Part shown: positions 10,021 through 20,182 of the stretch, one piece after another
How positions within the stretch are numbered: the first letter of the stretch is position 1
Layout: every line of letters begins with the position of its first letter
DNA from: an uncultured Acidobacteriota bacterium
GTDB lineage: Bacteria; Acidobacteriota; Thermoanaerobaculia; UBA5066
Direction: 5' to 3'
Length of the DNA stretch: 64,000 nucleotides
NCBI GenBank assembly: GCA_963779415.1
Contig: CAVZYA010000002.1
Span: 1,184,001 to 1,248,000, forward strand
Notes under the pieces: model-generated
What the model was told of the DNA's origin: nothing
What the model saw: only the letters and a program-made list of their open reading frames with translations
The model's database searches: none
Made by a program: the position numbers and the translations under genes

Positions 10021-11421
10021 ATGCCGACCACGAAGAAAGAGCGTTCGAAGCCCTATCTCCTCCCGGAATTCTGCAAAGGTTGCGGGCGATGCATCGACTC
10101 GTGTGCGAAGCACTGCATCGAGATGGGGCACGAGATCAACCCTCAGACCGGGCTCATTCCGGTCCGGATCCACCTCGAAGAGTGCAACGCCTGCGGGCTC
10201 TGCATCGACGCATGCCCCGAGCCATACGGCATGTTGCCGTTGCCGGAGGGGGCCGACTTCGAGCTCGAGAACCCCGCGAAGCTCTTCGGCCGGAAGGCGA
10301 CGAGCGCGCCGGTTCCGGTCCGGATCCCGGGGGAGGCGATCCCGCTTCCGAGGACCGAGCCGATGGTCCTCAAGGGGACGTACGCTTCGGCCGTCGGCGC
10401 CATTCTCGCGGGGTGCCGCCACGTCTTCGGGTACCCGATCACCCCCTCGACGGAGGGGGCCGAGCTGATGTCGAAGCTCCTCCCGAAGCTGGACGGCGTC
10501 TTCCTGCAGGCCGTCAGCGAGGTCGCGACCGTCAACATCATGTACGGGTGCGGGGGCGCCGGCCTGCCGTGCATGACCTTCACCTCATCGCCGGGCTTCA
10601 GCCTGATGCTCGAGGGGATCAGCTACATGGTCGGCGCCGAGGTGCCCGCCGTCTTCGTGAACGTGATGCGCGGGGGGCCGGGGCTCGGCAACATCGCCCC
10701 CGAGCAGGCGGATGTGAAGCTCTGCTGCCGCGGCCTCGGGCACGGAAACACGCACGGGATCGTCCTCGCTCCCTCGACGCCGCAGGAGATGCTCGACCTG
10801 ACGATGCTCTCCTTCGAGCTTGCGTTCCGCTACCGGAACCCGGTCATCCTCGTCTCCGACGGCTACCTCGGCCAGATGACCGGCCGCGTGACGCTCCCGC
10901 GGACCATGCTGAGGCCGCCGCTTCCGGAGTGGGCGGTCTTCGGCGACGCGATGCACCGCGGAAACCTGATCAACTCGATCGAGCTGGACGAGCACGATCT
11001 CGAGGAGAGAAACCGGCAGCTCTGCGCGAAGTGGGCCCGGATCGCCGAGACCGAGCAGCGGGCCGACGTCTTCCACGCCGACGACGCGGAGGTTCTCGTC
11101 GTCGCGTTCGGGACGCCGGCGCGTATGGCCAAGGGCGCCGTGCAGGCGCTCCGCGAAAAAGGGGTGGCCGCGGGGCTCTTCCGGCCGGTCACGCTCTGGC
11201 CCTTCCCGATCGACCGGCTCGCGCCGCTCCTGCCGGATTTGAAGCGGATCGTCGTCGTCGAGGCCTCCCCCGGACAGCTCGAGGACGAACTCCGCCTCGC
11301 CCTCTCCCACACGGGCCTCTCCCACCCGAAGATCGAGAACCTGCGCCACATGGGAGGCGTCCTCCCGCAGCAGAGCGAGATCGTCGATCTCGTCCTCGGC
11401 CGGAAGGAGGTGGCGGCATGA
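10021..11421 (+). CDS. vorB: 2-oxoacid:ferredoxin oxidoreductase alpha subunit (VorB-like) with fused N-terminal 2x[4Fe-4S] ferredoxin
   Basis: CKGCGRCIDSC and CNACGLCIDACP; GYPITPST, TSSPGFSLM, RGGPGLG. Confidence 0.85.
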   Translation: MPTTKKERSKPYLLPEFCKGCGRCIDSCAKHCIEMGHEINPQTGLIPVRIHLEECNACGLCIDACPEPYGMLPLPEGADFELENPAKLFGRKATSAPVPVRIPGEAIPLPRTEPMVLKGTYASAVGAILAGCRHVFGYPITPSTEGAELMSKLLPKLDGVFLQAVSEVATVNIMYGCGGAGLPCMTFTSSPGFSLMLEGISYMVGAEVPAVFVNVMRGGPGLGNIAPEQADVKLCCRGLGHGNTHGIVLAPSTPQEMLDLTMLSFELAFRYRNPVILVSDGYLGQMTGRVTLPRTMLRPPLPEWAVFGDAMHRGNLINSIELDEHDLEERNRQLCAKWARIAETEQRADVFHADDAEVLVVAFGTPARMAKGAVQALREKGVAAGLFRPVTLWPFPIDRLAPLLPDLKRIVVVEASPGQLEDELRLALSHTGLSHPKIENLRHMGGVLPQQSEIVDLVLGRKEVAA

Positions 11422-12839
11422 GCGTCTTTTACGACCGCTTCGAGCGCCACTCGCACGGCGAGGGGTTGAAGGCGAATGCCACCCACTATTGCCCGGGGTG
11501 CGGGCACGGTCTCGCCCACAAGTACCTCGCGGAGGCGATCGAGGAGCTCGGGATCCAGGACCGGACGATCGCGATCTCGCCGGTGGGCTGCTCCGTCTTC
11601 CTCTATTACTATTTCGACGTCGGGAACTCGCAGGCCGCCCATGGCCGGGCCCCCGCCGTCGGCCTCGGACACAAGCTGGCCAATCCCGACTCGATCGTCG
11701 TCTCCTATCAGGGGGACGGGGACCTCGCGTCGATCGGCCTCGCGGAGATCGTCTGGGCCTGCCAGCTCGGGATTCCGATGACCTTCGTCTTCATCAACAA
11801 CGCGATCTACGGGATGACGGGCGGCCAGATGGCGCCGACGACGCTCATGGGACAGAAGACCTCCACGAGCCCGTTCGGGCGCGACCGCCTCTGCGGACCG
11901 CCGATGAAGATGGCGGAGCTCGTCGCCGGGCTGGAGACGCCCATCTATGTCGAACGCGTCGCGCTCTACGACTCGAAGCAGCGGATGCGCGCGAAAAAAG
12001 CGATCCTGAAGGGGATGAGGCTGCAGACCGAGGGGCGCGGCCTCTCGTTCATCGAGGTCCTTGCCGAGTGCCCGACGCACCTCAAGATGACGCCGGAAGA
12101 GTCCGAGAAGTGGGTCAAGGAGCAGATGGTCCCGGTCTTTCCGCTCGGGGTGAAGAAGGACGTCGTTGCCGAGCCGTGGTTCCATCCCGCCAAGCCGACG
12201 TTCGATCCCGCAAAGGTTCTCGGGGTCGTCGAGGGGACGACGGAGCCCGCGCCGCGCTACGCCTCCGGGTTCCCGGCGCACCTCCACGCCCACGACATCT
12301 CGCTGAAGCTGGCGGGGTCCGGAGGCGACGGCGCCCAGACGGCCGCCATGCTCATCGCCACGGCCGCGATCAACGAGGGGTTCGACGCCACGCACATCCC
12401 CAGCTACGGCCCCGAGTCGCGAGGGGGGACGTCGTACGCGGACGTCCACGTCGCCTCGGAAGAGGTTCTCTCCCCCGCGGCGCCGCATCCCGACATCCTC
12501 ATCGCGTTCAACGCGCCGAGCCTCGCGAAGTTCGGCCCGATCGTGCCGCCGGGCGGGACGATCCTCTACGACAGCTCCGTCGTCTCCACGGTGCCGGCGT
12601 TCGACCCGCGCGTGAGGGTCCTCGGCGTCCCGTTCACCGAGATCGCCGTCGGGCTCGGCAAGGCCGTCGTGAAGAACATCGTGGCGCTCGGCGCCCTCCA
12701 GGCCTCCACGAACCTCTTCCCGAAAGAGAGCTTCCTGACCGCCGTCCGGCACGCGCTCAAGGACAAGGCCAAGCTGATCCCGATGAACGAGGCGGCATTC
12801 GACGCCGGCCGTAGCGCCCTCTCTCCCGTGACGACGTGA
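11418..12839 (+). CDS. vorA: 2-oxoacid:ferredoxin oxidoreductase beta-gamma fusion (VorA-like)
   Basis: ATG at 11418 overlaps the upstream stop; YCPGCGHG, TPP motif GDGDLASIG...NN, then gamma domain AGSGGDGAQ, SYGPESRGG. Confidence 0.85.
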   Translation: MSVFYDRFERHSHGEGLKANATHYCPGCGHGLAHKYLAEAIEELGIQDRTIAISPVGCSVFLYYYFDVGNSQAAHGRAPAVGLGHKLANPDSIVVSYQGDGDLASIGLAEIVWACQLGIPMTFVFINNAIYGMTGGQMAPTTLMGQKTSTSPFGRDRLCGPPMKMAELVAGLETPIYVERVALYDSKQRMRAKKAILKGMRLQTEGRGLSFIEVLAECPTHLKMTPEESEKWVKEQMVPVFPLGVKKDVVAEPWFHPAKPTFDPAKVLGVVEGTTEPAPRYASGFPAHLHAHDISLKLAGSGGDGAQTAAMLIATAAINEGFDATHIPSYGPESRGGTSYADVHVASEEVLSPAAPHPDILIAFNAPSLAKFGPIVPPGGTILYDSSVVSTVPAFDPRVRVLGVPFTEIAVGLGKAVVKNIVALGALQASTNLFPKESFLTAVRHALKDKAKLIPMNEAAFDAGRSALSPVTT

Positions 12840-12861
12840 GCGGCGGCAAAAGGAGATCTCC

Positions 12862-13152
12862 ATGAGCGAGCCCAGGGTCACGGTCTTGCTGAGCGCGGAC
12901 GAATGGCGCTTCGTCTCGGACCTCCGGGCGCTCCCCTCGTCGCCTCTCAGGGACCGGGCGCTCGCCCTCTTCAACGCCGTTCTCGTCCTCGCGCGCGAGC
13001 CGCGCTGTGCCGAGGTCCAGGCGGACGGCGTCCCCTGCTCGACGCCGAGCCAGAGCTGCGACCAGTGCCTTCACCTCGACGAGATGCTGGATCTGCTCCG
13101 GCGGCGGGCCTTCGAAGCCGTGGAGCCGCCGGGCGCCGTCCGGAAGCGGTGA
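12862..13152 (+). CDS. Small Cys-rich hypothetical protein
   Basis: AGGAG SD; PRCAEVQADGVPC...SCDQC; lies within the operon. Confidence 0.7.
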   Translation: MSEPRVTVLLSADEWRFVSDLRALPSSPLRDRALALFNAVLVLAREPRCAEVQADGVPCSTPSQSCDQCLHLDEMLDLLRRRAFEAVEPPGAVRKR

Positions 13153-13217
13153 GGCAAACGGCTCATGAACGGTCCGGAGCGGGGCGGGCGAGCCTTGCGC
13201 GGGAGGGTGATGCGCGC

Positions 13218-14273
13218 ATGACCGGTCGTCTCCCGGCGCTCCTCGCGGCGGCGCTTCTGCTTGCCGTCCCGACGGTTCGGGGTGTCGATGTCGCGAAGGA
13301 CGAAGTGGATACCTGCCTCTCCTGTCACGGGGAGAAGAGCCTCGAGAAGAAACTGCCGAGCGGCGAGGTGAAGTCGCTCTTCGTGGACCGCGCCACCTTC
13401 GAGAAATCGGTCCACGGCGCCAAGCTGGGCTGCACCGGCTGCCACCCGGGCTACCAGGAGATTCCCCACCCCGAGCGTCCCGCGAAGGATCTCGCCTCCT
13501 TTACGGCCTCGTTCCGCGAGACGTGCCGGAGCTGCCATTTCGCCAACTACACCAAGGCCCTCGACGGCGTCCACTTCGCGGCCCTCTCGAAGGGAAACTC
13601 GGCCGCCCCCTTCTGCGTCGACTGCCACGGCTCCCACGACATCACCAAGCCCAACGAGCCGCGGACGAGGATCTCCGACACTTGCGGGACCTGCCATTCG
13701 ACCGAAGCCGAGCAGTATGCCGAGAGCGTCCACGGCAAGGCGCTCGCGGAGACGAACAACCCGGACGTTCCCGTCTGCACCGACTGCCACAAGTCGCACG
13801 CCATCGCCGACCCGAGAGGACAGACCTGGCGCATGAGCTCCCCCGAGACGTGCGGTCACTGTCACACGGACAAGGCCCGGATGGAGAAGTACGGCCTTTC
13901 GACGAACGTCTACCGTTCGTACCTCGACGACTTCCACGGCCGGAGCGCCTCGCTCATCGCAGGGCAGAAGAAGCAGGCGAAGAAGATCGTCGCCATCTGC
14001 GTCGACTGCCACGGCGTCCACGACATCGAGCGGGTGAAGGACGCGGGCTCGAAGGTCCTCAAGAAGAACCTGCAGGCGACCTGCGCGAAGTGCCATCCCG
14101 GCGCGCCGCCGAACTTCCCGGCGGCCTGGCTCTCGCACTACGAGCCGAGCCCGAAGAGAGCGCCGCTGGTCTGGGCGACGGCGCTCTTCTACCGGATTCT
14201 GATCCCCGTGATGATCGGAGGGCTCGTCCTCCAGGTCCTCCTGCACCTCTGGCGCGTGGTGGTGAACCGATGA
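13218..14273 (+). CDS. Multiheme cytochrome c (9 CxxCH) with signal peptide and C-terminal TM anchor
   Basis: CLSCH, CTGCH, CRSCH, CVDCH, CGTCH, CTDCH, CGHCH, CVDCH, CAKCH. Confidence 0.92.
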   Translation: MTGRLPALLAAALLLAVPTVRGVDVAKDEVDTCLSCHGEKSLEKKLPSGEVKSLFVDRATFEKSVHGAKLGCTGCHPGYQEIPHPERPAKDLASFTASFRETCRSCHFANYTKALDGVHFAALSKGNSAAPFCVDCHGSHDITKPNEPRTRISDTCGTCHSTEAEQYAESVHGKALAETNNPDVPVCTDCHKSHAIADPRGQTWRMSSPETCGHCHTDKARMEKYGLSTNVYRSYLDDFHGRSASLIAGQKKQAKKIVAICVDCHGVHDIERVKDAGSKVLKKNLQATCAKCHPGAPPNFPAAWLSHYEPSPKRAPLVWATALFYRILIPVMIGGLVLQVLLHLWRVVVNR

Positions 14274-14996
14274 GCCGGTACGTCGTCCGCTTCTCGAAAA
14301 AACAGCGCGCCGAGCATCTCATCGTCATGATGCTCTTCGTGACGCTCGCCGTGACGGGCTTTCCGCAGAAGTTCTACGAAGCCCGCTGGGCCGGGGTCAT
14401 CGTGAACGCGATCGGCGGCCTCGACCGCGTCCGGTTCTTCCACCGGATGGCCGGCCTCCTCTTCAGCGTGGCGACGATCTTCCACGTCGTGCTGATCACC
14501 GTGCTCGCCCTCGCCCGGAAGGCCGGGATGACGATGGTGCCGACACGCCGCGATTTCCTGGACGCGATCCAGCAGATCCGCTGGTATCTCGGGCCTCGCG
14601 GAGGCCCCCGCGAAGTTCGACCGGTACGACTACCGGCAGAAGTTCGAATACTGGGGGATGCTGATCGGAAGCCTCGTCATGGTCGCCACGGGCCTCGTCC
14701 TCTACCTTCCGCTCCTCTTCACGCGCTTCTTCCCGGGCGAGCTCATCCCCGTGGCGCAGGTGGCCCACAGCAACGAGGGGCTGATGGCGTTCCTCGTCGT
14801 CATCACGTGGCACATCTACAACGCCCACCTCTCGCCGGACGTCTTCCCGTTCGACACCACCATCTTCACGGGCCGCATCTCCGAGGAGCGGATGCACCAC
14901 GAGCACCCTCTCGAGCTCGCGCGGCTGACCGGCGCGCCCGAGGAAGGGGCGGGCGGCGACGACCCGTCCTCCGGCGGCGCCGCGCCCCCGGCCTGA
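14270..14996 (+). CDS. Cytochrome b subunit (FdnI/HyaC-like), frameshift near 14592
   Basis: RFSKKQRAEH, RFFHRMAG; after removing one G: FDRYDYRQKFEYWG, VAHSNEG, WHIYNAH, EERMHHEHPLE. Confidence 0.85.
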
Positions 14997-15004
14997 AGCC
15001 GGGA

Positions 15005-15955
15005 ATGTCCGGGACGCTTCTCTCCCTCGTCGTCCAGTCGGCAGCGGCCGCGGCGTCTGACCTCCGTTCTTCTGTCGACGTGGGGCGTCCGGCGCCCGGC
15101 AGCAAGACTCCGCTTCTGGCTTCTCGCTCTCGCCCTCCCCGTCGTTCTTCCGCCCCTCTTCGCGCTCGCGGCGCCGGTTCGCGCCTCGGAGCCGTTCCGG
15201 CGGAACGTGGCTCTCTTCGTCGCCACGCGCTGGGCGATGCTTCCTCTGGGAACGGGGCGTCTCGGGGGCGCCCTGGCGGCGGTCGTGGCGGCCGCCGGCC
15301 TCGCGCTCTTCCTGCGCGATCTCGTCCCGGCGCTCCGGCAGGGCTTCCACGTCCGGTCGCACGACGACGAAAGCGATCCCCGCGGGCGAGGAGATCGGGG
15401 ATCGCGTCGCGGCCCAGGCCGACCCGACGGGCGGTCGCGCCGCCGGCCACGGCCCTCGTTACGGACGACGAGGCGGCGTATCTCTACTGCCGCGGGCTCA
15501 CGCATCCGGTCGTCGCCGTCTCGACGGGCGCGCTCGCGGCGCTCTCGGACGAGGAGCTGGACGCGGCTCTCGCGCACGAAGTGGCCCACGTCGCGGGGAG
15601 GCACCTCCTCTTCGGCTGGGGCCTGATCGCCCTCCGCTCGCTCTTCTTCTTCAACCCCGTGGCCCAGATCGTCGGCCGGACGGCCGTCCTCGAGATGGAA
15701 CGCGCGGCGGACGACGATGCGGCGGCCGCGACGGGGCGCCCGGCAACCGTCGCCTCGGCGCTCGCGAAGCTCGGCGTCATGACCGACGATGACGGACTCA
15801 ACCTGCCGGGCGGCCTCCGATTCACGGCCGTCAAGGCGCGGCTCCTCCGGCTCGCGGAGCGGAAAGAAGGGATCGAAGGGGACGGTCTCGACGCCTTCCG
15901 GCTTTCCCTCGCGGGCGTGGGGATCGCTCTTCTCGTCTTCTTCGTGGTGCCGTGA
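15005..15955 (+). CDS. M56/M48 (BlaR1-like) membrane zinc metallopeptidase, with internal compensating frameshifts
   Basis: ELDAALAHEVAHV (HExxH), FFFNPVA, EMERAADD; the N-terminal TM segment FWLLALALP lies in an alternative frame. Confidence 0.75.
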   Translation: MSGTLLSLVVQSAAAAASDLRSSVDVGRPAPGSKTPLLASRSRPPRRSSAPLRARGAGSRLGAVPAERGSLRRHALGDASSGNGASRGRPGGGRGGRRPRALPARSRPGAPAGLPRPVARRRKRSPRARRSGIASRPRPTRRAVAPPATALVTDDEAAYLYCRGLTHPVVAVSTGALAALSDEELDAALAHEVAHVAGRHLLFGWGLIALRSLFFFNPVAQIVGRTAVLEMERAADDDAAAATGRPATVASALAKLGVMTDDDGLNLPGGLRFTAVKARLLRLAERKEGIEGDGLDAFRLSLAGVGIALLVFFVVP

Positions 15956-16524
15956 GAGACGACGCCCTGGCCGTCCCGCTCCGCCCCGTCGCGGCTCTCG
16001 TCGGAAGGTTCATCGCCGTCCTCGGGGTGGTGGCCGCCTCCCTTCTCGTTCTCGATGCCGTGCCCGGGGTTCTCTCCGGTCTCGGCCGGGACGTCACCGC
16101 GTACCGGAGCGTGGAGGCGGCCGAGGCGGCGCTCGGGGCGAAGCTCCTCCTCCCCGCCTACTTCCCGGACGCGTACCGGTGGCCGCCCGAGGCGATCCGC
16201 ACCGTCTCGAAGCCGGTCCGTGCCGCGGCGCTCCTGATCGCGCCGCGCCGCGCGGGGACGGAGAAGATCCTCTTCGTCCAGTCGCTCGACGGCGACGTCG
16301 CTCTTCCCGAGTCGCTCCTTCCGGCCGGGAAAGAGGTTCATCGGGTTGCATTCGATCTCGAAGGGACTCCGGCCGTCATGGCGGACGTCATCCTTCCGCC
16401 CGACGGGACGTTCCACGACGTCGCCTTTCTCGCGGAGGGCCGGAGTATCGTCTTTCGTTTCCAGGGAGATCCCGAGGAGATCCTGAAGATGGCGGGGAGT
16501 CTCCCTCGCGGAGAGCCGCGATGA
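15952..16524 (+). CDS. Membrane-anchored hypothetical protein
   Basis: N-terminal TM; overlaps both neighbours by 4 nt (operonic coupling). Confidence 0.7.
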   Translation: MRDDALAVPLRPVAALVGRFIAVLGVVAASLLVLDAVPGVLSGLGRDVTAYRSVEAAEAALGAKLLLPAYFPDAYRWPPEAIRTVSKPVRAAALLIAPRRAGTEKILFVQSLDGDVALPESLLPAGKEVHRVAFDLEGTPAVMADVILPPDGTFHDVAFLAEGRSIVFRFQGDPEEILKMAGSLPRGEPR

Positions 16525-18299
16525 GCGACGGGACACCGAGAACGGGGCGCCGGCTCGAAGGGCGTGCGATCGTCCTGATGATCATCGGGCTCGCCGTCCC
16601 CGCCCTTCTCTTCGGGCTCTCCGGCTTCCGGACGCTCCGGGAGTACCGGAAGGAGATCCTCGCCGAGCGCGAGAGGCTGGCGACGGCCATCGCCGGGCAC
16701 GTCAACGCGACGCTCCATGCGTCCCTCGGCGACCTCTGGGCGCTGCAGTCGGGTTCGGTCCCCGCGGAATCGGCCCGGGCACGGCTCCACGAGGCCCTGC
16801 TTCGCTCTCCCTTTCTCGACAGGGTCTGCCTCGCGAGCGCCTCGGGCGCCGTGACATGGCACGAGCCGTCTCACGCCCCGCTCCCGCCTGCCGACGCGAT
16901 CGATGCCGCGATCGCGGAGGCCCGGCGGACGTCGCAGGTGGCGTTCCGGACGGTCCCGAAGGAGCCGGCCGGCCTGGGCCTCATGATCGTCGTCCCTCTT
17001 TTCGGTTCCGGCGGGGAAGGCGCGGTCTGCGCCGGCGCCCTCCTCGACCCCGCCCGGCCGGAGCTCGCCTCGATCCTTGAGACGGGACTCGTCGGCGTCG
17101 GGGCGTCCGTGGACGTCGTGGATGCGTCGGGACGGGTCCTCGCGTCTTCCCGTGCCGGCCGGGTCGGTCTGACGGTGATGCTGCCGGCGGCGGCCGGCCG
17201 TTCGGCCGCGGCCGTCGAGCAGGGGGAGGTCGTCGCCTCCGCGCCGCTCACGATTCTTCCTCTCGCGGTCGTCGTCCGGCAGGAAGAGGAGGAGTTTCTC
17301 GCGCCGCTCCACGCGGCCGAGCGGCGCGTCCTCGTCGCGGCTCCGTTCATCCTCGTGCTCGTGATCCTCTTCGCGTGGGGTGCCGCGCGCAGCCTGACCC
17401 AGCCGATCGCGGTCCTGACGTCGGCCGCGGAGCGAATTGCCGGGGGAGAGCTCTCTCGCGAGATCCCGCCTCTCGGCGAAGACGAGGTGGGCCGCCTCGG
17501 CCGTTCGCTCGAGACGATGCGTGGCAAGCTGTCGGAGGCCTTCGAGCGCGACCGGCGCGTGCAGGAAGAGCTGGAGCGTCGCGTGACCGAGCGGACGCAC
17601 GACCTTCTGGCGCTGACCCGCGAGCTGAAGGACCGGGACGAGCGGCGGGCATGGCTTCTCGGGAAGTTCATCCGTGCGCAGGAGGAGGAGCGAAAGCGGA
17701 TCGCCCGCGAGCTTCACGACGAGACGTGCCAGACCGTGGCGGCTCTCTCCGTTGCCGTCGACACGGCGCTCGCGATGCCGCCCGATCCCGAGCGGCGCCG
17801 GCTCGGCGAGATCAAGGATCTCGCGGCCCGCGCGCTCGCGGAGGTGCACCGCGTCATCTACGATCTTCGCCCCTCGGTTCTCGACGACCTCGGCCTCGCG
17901 GCGGCCGTCCGCTGGCTCGGAGAGAGGCACCTCGCGCCGCTCGGCATCGCGTTCCGGTGCGAGATCGAAGGGCTCGACGAGCGCCTTCCCGTCGAAGTCG
18001 AGACGGCGGTCTTCCGTGTCGTCCAGGAGGCGCTCATGAACATCGTGCGCCACGCCCGGGCCGAGAGCGTCCTCGTCCAGATGGAGCGGAGGAACCACCG
18101 GCTCGAGATCGAGGTGGAGGACGACGGGCGCGGATTCGAGCCGGAGTCGGTCACGACGCCGGAGTCGTCGGGGCGCGGCTTGGGCCTTCTCGGCATCCGT
18201 GAGAGAGTCGAGCTCCTGGGAGGGAAGGTGACGATCGAATCGGCGCCGGACCAGGGAACACGCGTGGCGGTCTTCGTCCCGATCCCCGAAGGGGCCTGA
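16521..18299 (+). CDS. Sensor histidine kinase (periplasmic sensor, HAMP, HisKA_3, HATPase)
   Basis: Two TMs, DEVGRLG (HAMP), EERKRIARELHDE, QEALMNIVRHA, DDGRGF, GLGLLGIRER. Confidence 0.93.
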   Translation: MSDGTPRTGRRLEGRAIVLMIIGLAVPALLFGLSGFRTLREYRKEILAERERLATAIAGHVNATLHASLGDLWALQSGSVPAESARARLHEALLRSPFLDRVCLASASGAVTWHEPSHAPLPPADAIDAAIAEARRTSQVAFRTVPKEPAGLGLMIVVPLFGSGGEGAVCAGALLDPARPELASILETGLVGVGASVDVVDASGRVLASSRAGRVGLTVMLPAAAGRSAAAVEQGEVVASAPLTILPLAVVVRQEEEEFLAPLHAAERRVLVAAPFILVLVILFAWGAARSLTQPIAVLTSAAERIAGGELSREIPPLGEDEVGRLGRSLETMRGKLSEAFERDRRVQEELERRVTERTHDLLALTRELKDRDERRAWLLGKFIRAQEEERKRIARELHDETCQTVAALSVAVDTALAMPPDPERRRLGEIKDLAARALAEVHRVIYDLRPSVLDDLGLAAAVRWLGERHLAPLGIAFRCEIEGLDERLPVEVETAVFRVVQEALMNIVRHARAESVLVQMERRNHRLEIEVEDDGRGFEPESVTTPESSGRGLGLLGIRERVELLGGKVTIESAPDQGTRVAVFVPIPEGA

Positions 18300-18300
18300 C

Positions 18301-18948
18301 GTGGCGAAGATCCGCGTCGTCATCGCCGACGATCACGCCCTCCTTCGGGAAGGGATCCGCGCCCTCCTCTCCCGCGAGAGCGACATCGAGGTCGTCGGGG
18401 AGGCCCCCGACGGGCGCGAGGCGATCGCGCGCTGCCGGACGATGAAGCCGGACGTCGTCCTGATGGACATCGCGATGCCGGGACTCGGGGGCCTCGAGGC
18501 GTCGCTCGAGATCCGCAAGGAGTGTCCCGAGACCCGGATCCTCGTCCTGACGCAGTACGAGGACCGCGAGTACGTGGCCCGGTTCCTCAAGGCCGGCGCC
18601 GCGGGCTACGTCCTGAAGCGGACGGCCGGGTCGGAGCTGGCTTCGGCGATCCGGAGCGTCCACCGGGGAGGGCTCGTCCTCGATCCGCAGGTGGCGCGCG
18701 AGGCGCTTCGCGAGAACGAGCCCGCGGTCGAGGCGGGCAGCGACCGCTACGAGTCGCTCACCGACCGCGAGAAGCAGGTTCTGAAGCTCGTCGCGGAAGG
18801 GAAGAGCAACAAGGAGGTCGCCGAGCTGCTGGGGATCTCGGTGAAGACGGCGATGTCGCACCGGGAGCACGTCATGGAGAAACTGGGCCTCCACAACCGC
18901 ACCGACCTGATCCGCTTCGCCCTCAAGGCGGGCGTCATCACGTCCTGA
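18301..18948 (+). CDS. NarL/LuxR-family response regulator
   Basis: IADDH, LMDIAMP, GYVLK, LTDREKQVL...GKSNKEVA HTH. Confidence 0.95.
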   Translation: MAKIRVVIADDHALLREGIRALLSRESDIEVVGEAPDGREAIARCRTMKPDVVLMDIAMPGLGGLEASLEIRKECPETRILVLTQYEDREYVARFLKAGAAGYVLKRTAGSELASAIRSVHRGGLVLDPQVAREALRENEPAVEAGSDRYESLTDREKQVLKLVAEGKSNKEVAELLGISVKTAMSHREHVMEKLGLHNRTDLIRFALKAGVITS

Positions 18949-18951
18949 GGC

Positions 18952-20151
18952 TTACTTCTTCCCGTCTTCGGGCCTGGATCTTACGCCGGGCCGACAGAGG
19001 ACGCCGCCGGGGTTTCGCGCGTAGAGAACCGGCACGGCCCAGTCGAGCGCGTCCTCTCCGAGCGTTCCGGCGAGGCCGGCGCGCGCTTCCCGGAACGCGG
19101 TCGCGACCGGAAGCCCGTCCGCGATCGCGCCGTAGAGCTCGGCCGAGAACGCGACGGCCGCATCGTCGAAGATCCGGTACTGGTTCGCGGCGACCGCCGG
19201 GAGTCCGGCGTGAGCGAGCGCGGGGGCGACGCCGCGAAGAAAGTCGCGCCGGCCGCCGCGCCCCGTTTCGCAGGCGTTCAGGACCACGAGGAGGAGTCCC
19301 CGCCCCGACGCGAAGCGGGCGAGCGCTTCGGCGGAGAGCCGTCGCGCGCGGCCCCGCCCGTCCTCCAGAAAGAGGGCGCCGCTTCGCTCCTTCTCGTCGT
19401 ACTCGCCGTGCCCGACGAAGTGAAGGACGTCGAATTTTCCGCTCCGAAGCTTTCCGTGGAGAGTCTCCGGCGTCGCCTTCGGGAGGATTTCGAGCGAGGC
19501 GGCGCCCCGCGCGAGAAGCGGCGCGAAGGCCGCCCGCAGGGAGTCCTCTTCCCGGCGTGCCGCGAGGGGAGCCATCCCCGCCGGTCGCGCGGCGGCGAAG
19601 AGGATCCGGAGGGGGCCGCGTCGCGCGCGCGGGGCCTCGGCGGGGACGGCAGAGAAGACGTTCCGGACGATCGTGGCCGGGCCGTGCGCCAGGAACGTCC
19701 GGCGCGCCGGATCGAAGGCGAGCTCCCACGGCTTCCCGGCGACCCAGTCGAGCGCGGAGGTGAAGACGAGCGGAACGGGCGCACCCGGGGAGCGGGCGAC
19801 GGCCGCATCCCAGAGGCGCCGGATGTCGCCCGGAAAGAGCGCCTCGAAGAGCGCCGTCCCGTACCGGACGAGCTCCTTCCCTCCCGGGAGCGACGAGAAC
19901 GGCGCGCGCCCGTCGAGCGCGCGGAGGAGCCGCTCGTTCAGCTCGACGATCCGGCGCATCCGCTCTCCCGCCTCGCCCCCTTTCGTCTCGAAAGGGGTCA
20001 CGACGGTCGCGCCGGCGTACGACGCGACGAGCTGGGCCTGCGAGAGAGACTCTCCCGGCGCGAGGACGACGAGGTCGAAGCGCTCCGAGGCGGGGAAGGA
20101 TGCGCGGGTCGCTCTTCGCCGCGGCAGACGGCGTCCCTCCGTGGAGTTCAT
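18952..20151 (-). CDS. Stand-alone CHAT (caspase-like) domain protein
   Basis: PWEL, VLHFVGHG (catalytic His), VLNACETG (catalytic Cys), DWAVPVLY. Confidence 0.88.
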   Translation of the reverse strand: MNSTEGRRLPRRRATRASFPASERFDLVVLAPGESLSQAQLVASYAGATVVTPFETKGGEAGERMRRIVELNERLLRALDGRAPFSSLPGGKELVRYGTALFEALFPGDIRRLWDAAVARSPGAPVPLVFTSALDWVAGKPWELAFDPARRTFLAHGPATIVRNVFSAVPAEAPRARRGPLRILFAAARPAGMAPLAARREEDSLRAAFAPLLARGAASLEILPKATPETLHGKLRSGKFDVLHFVGHGEYDEKERSGALFLEDGRGRARRLSAEALARFASGRGLLLVVLNACETGRGGRRDFLRGVAPALAHAGLPAVAANQYRIFDDAAVAFSAELYGAIADGLPVATAFREARAGLAGTLGEDALDWAVPVLYARNPGGVLCRPGVRSRPEDGKK

Positions 20152-20182
20152 CGTCCCCGAGTCTAACGGGGCGGGAAACGGG

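Noticed and set aside
9264-11417. 1191-aa ORF as a giant oxidoreductase fusion
   Set aside because: Only the part from ATG 11418 is protein-like; the upstream part overlaps the kinase and alpha-subunit genes in another frame.
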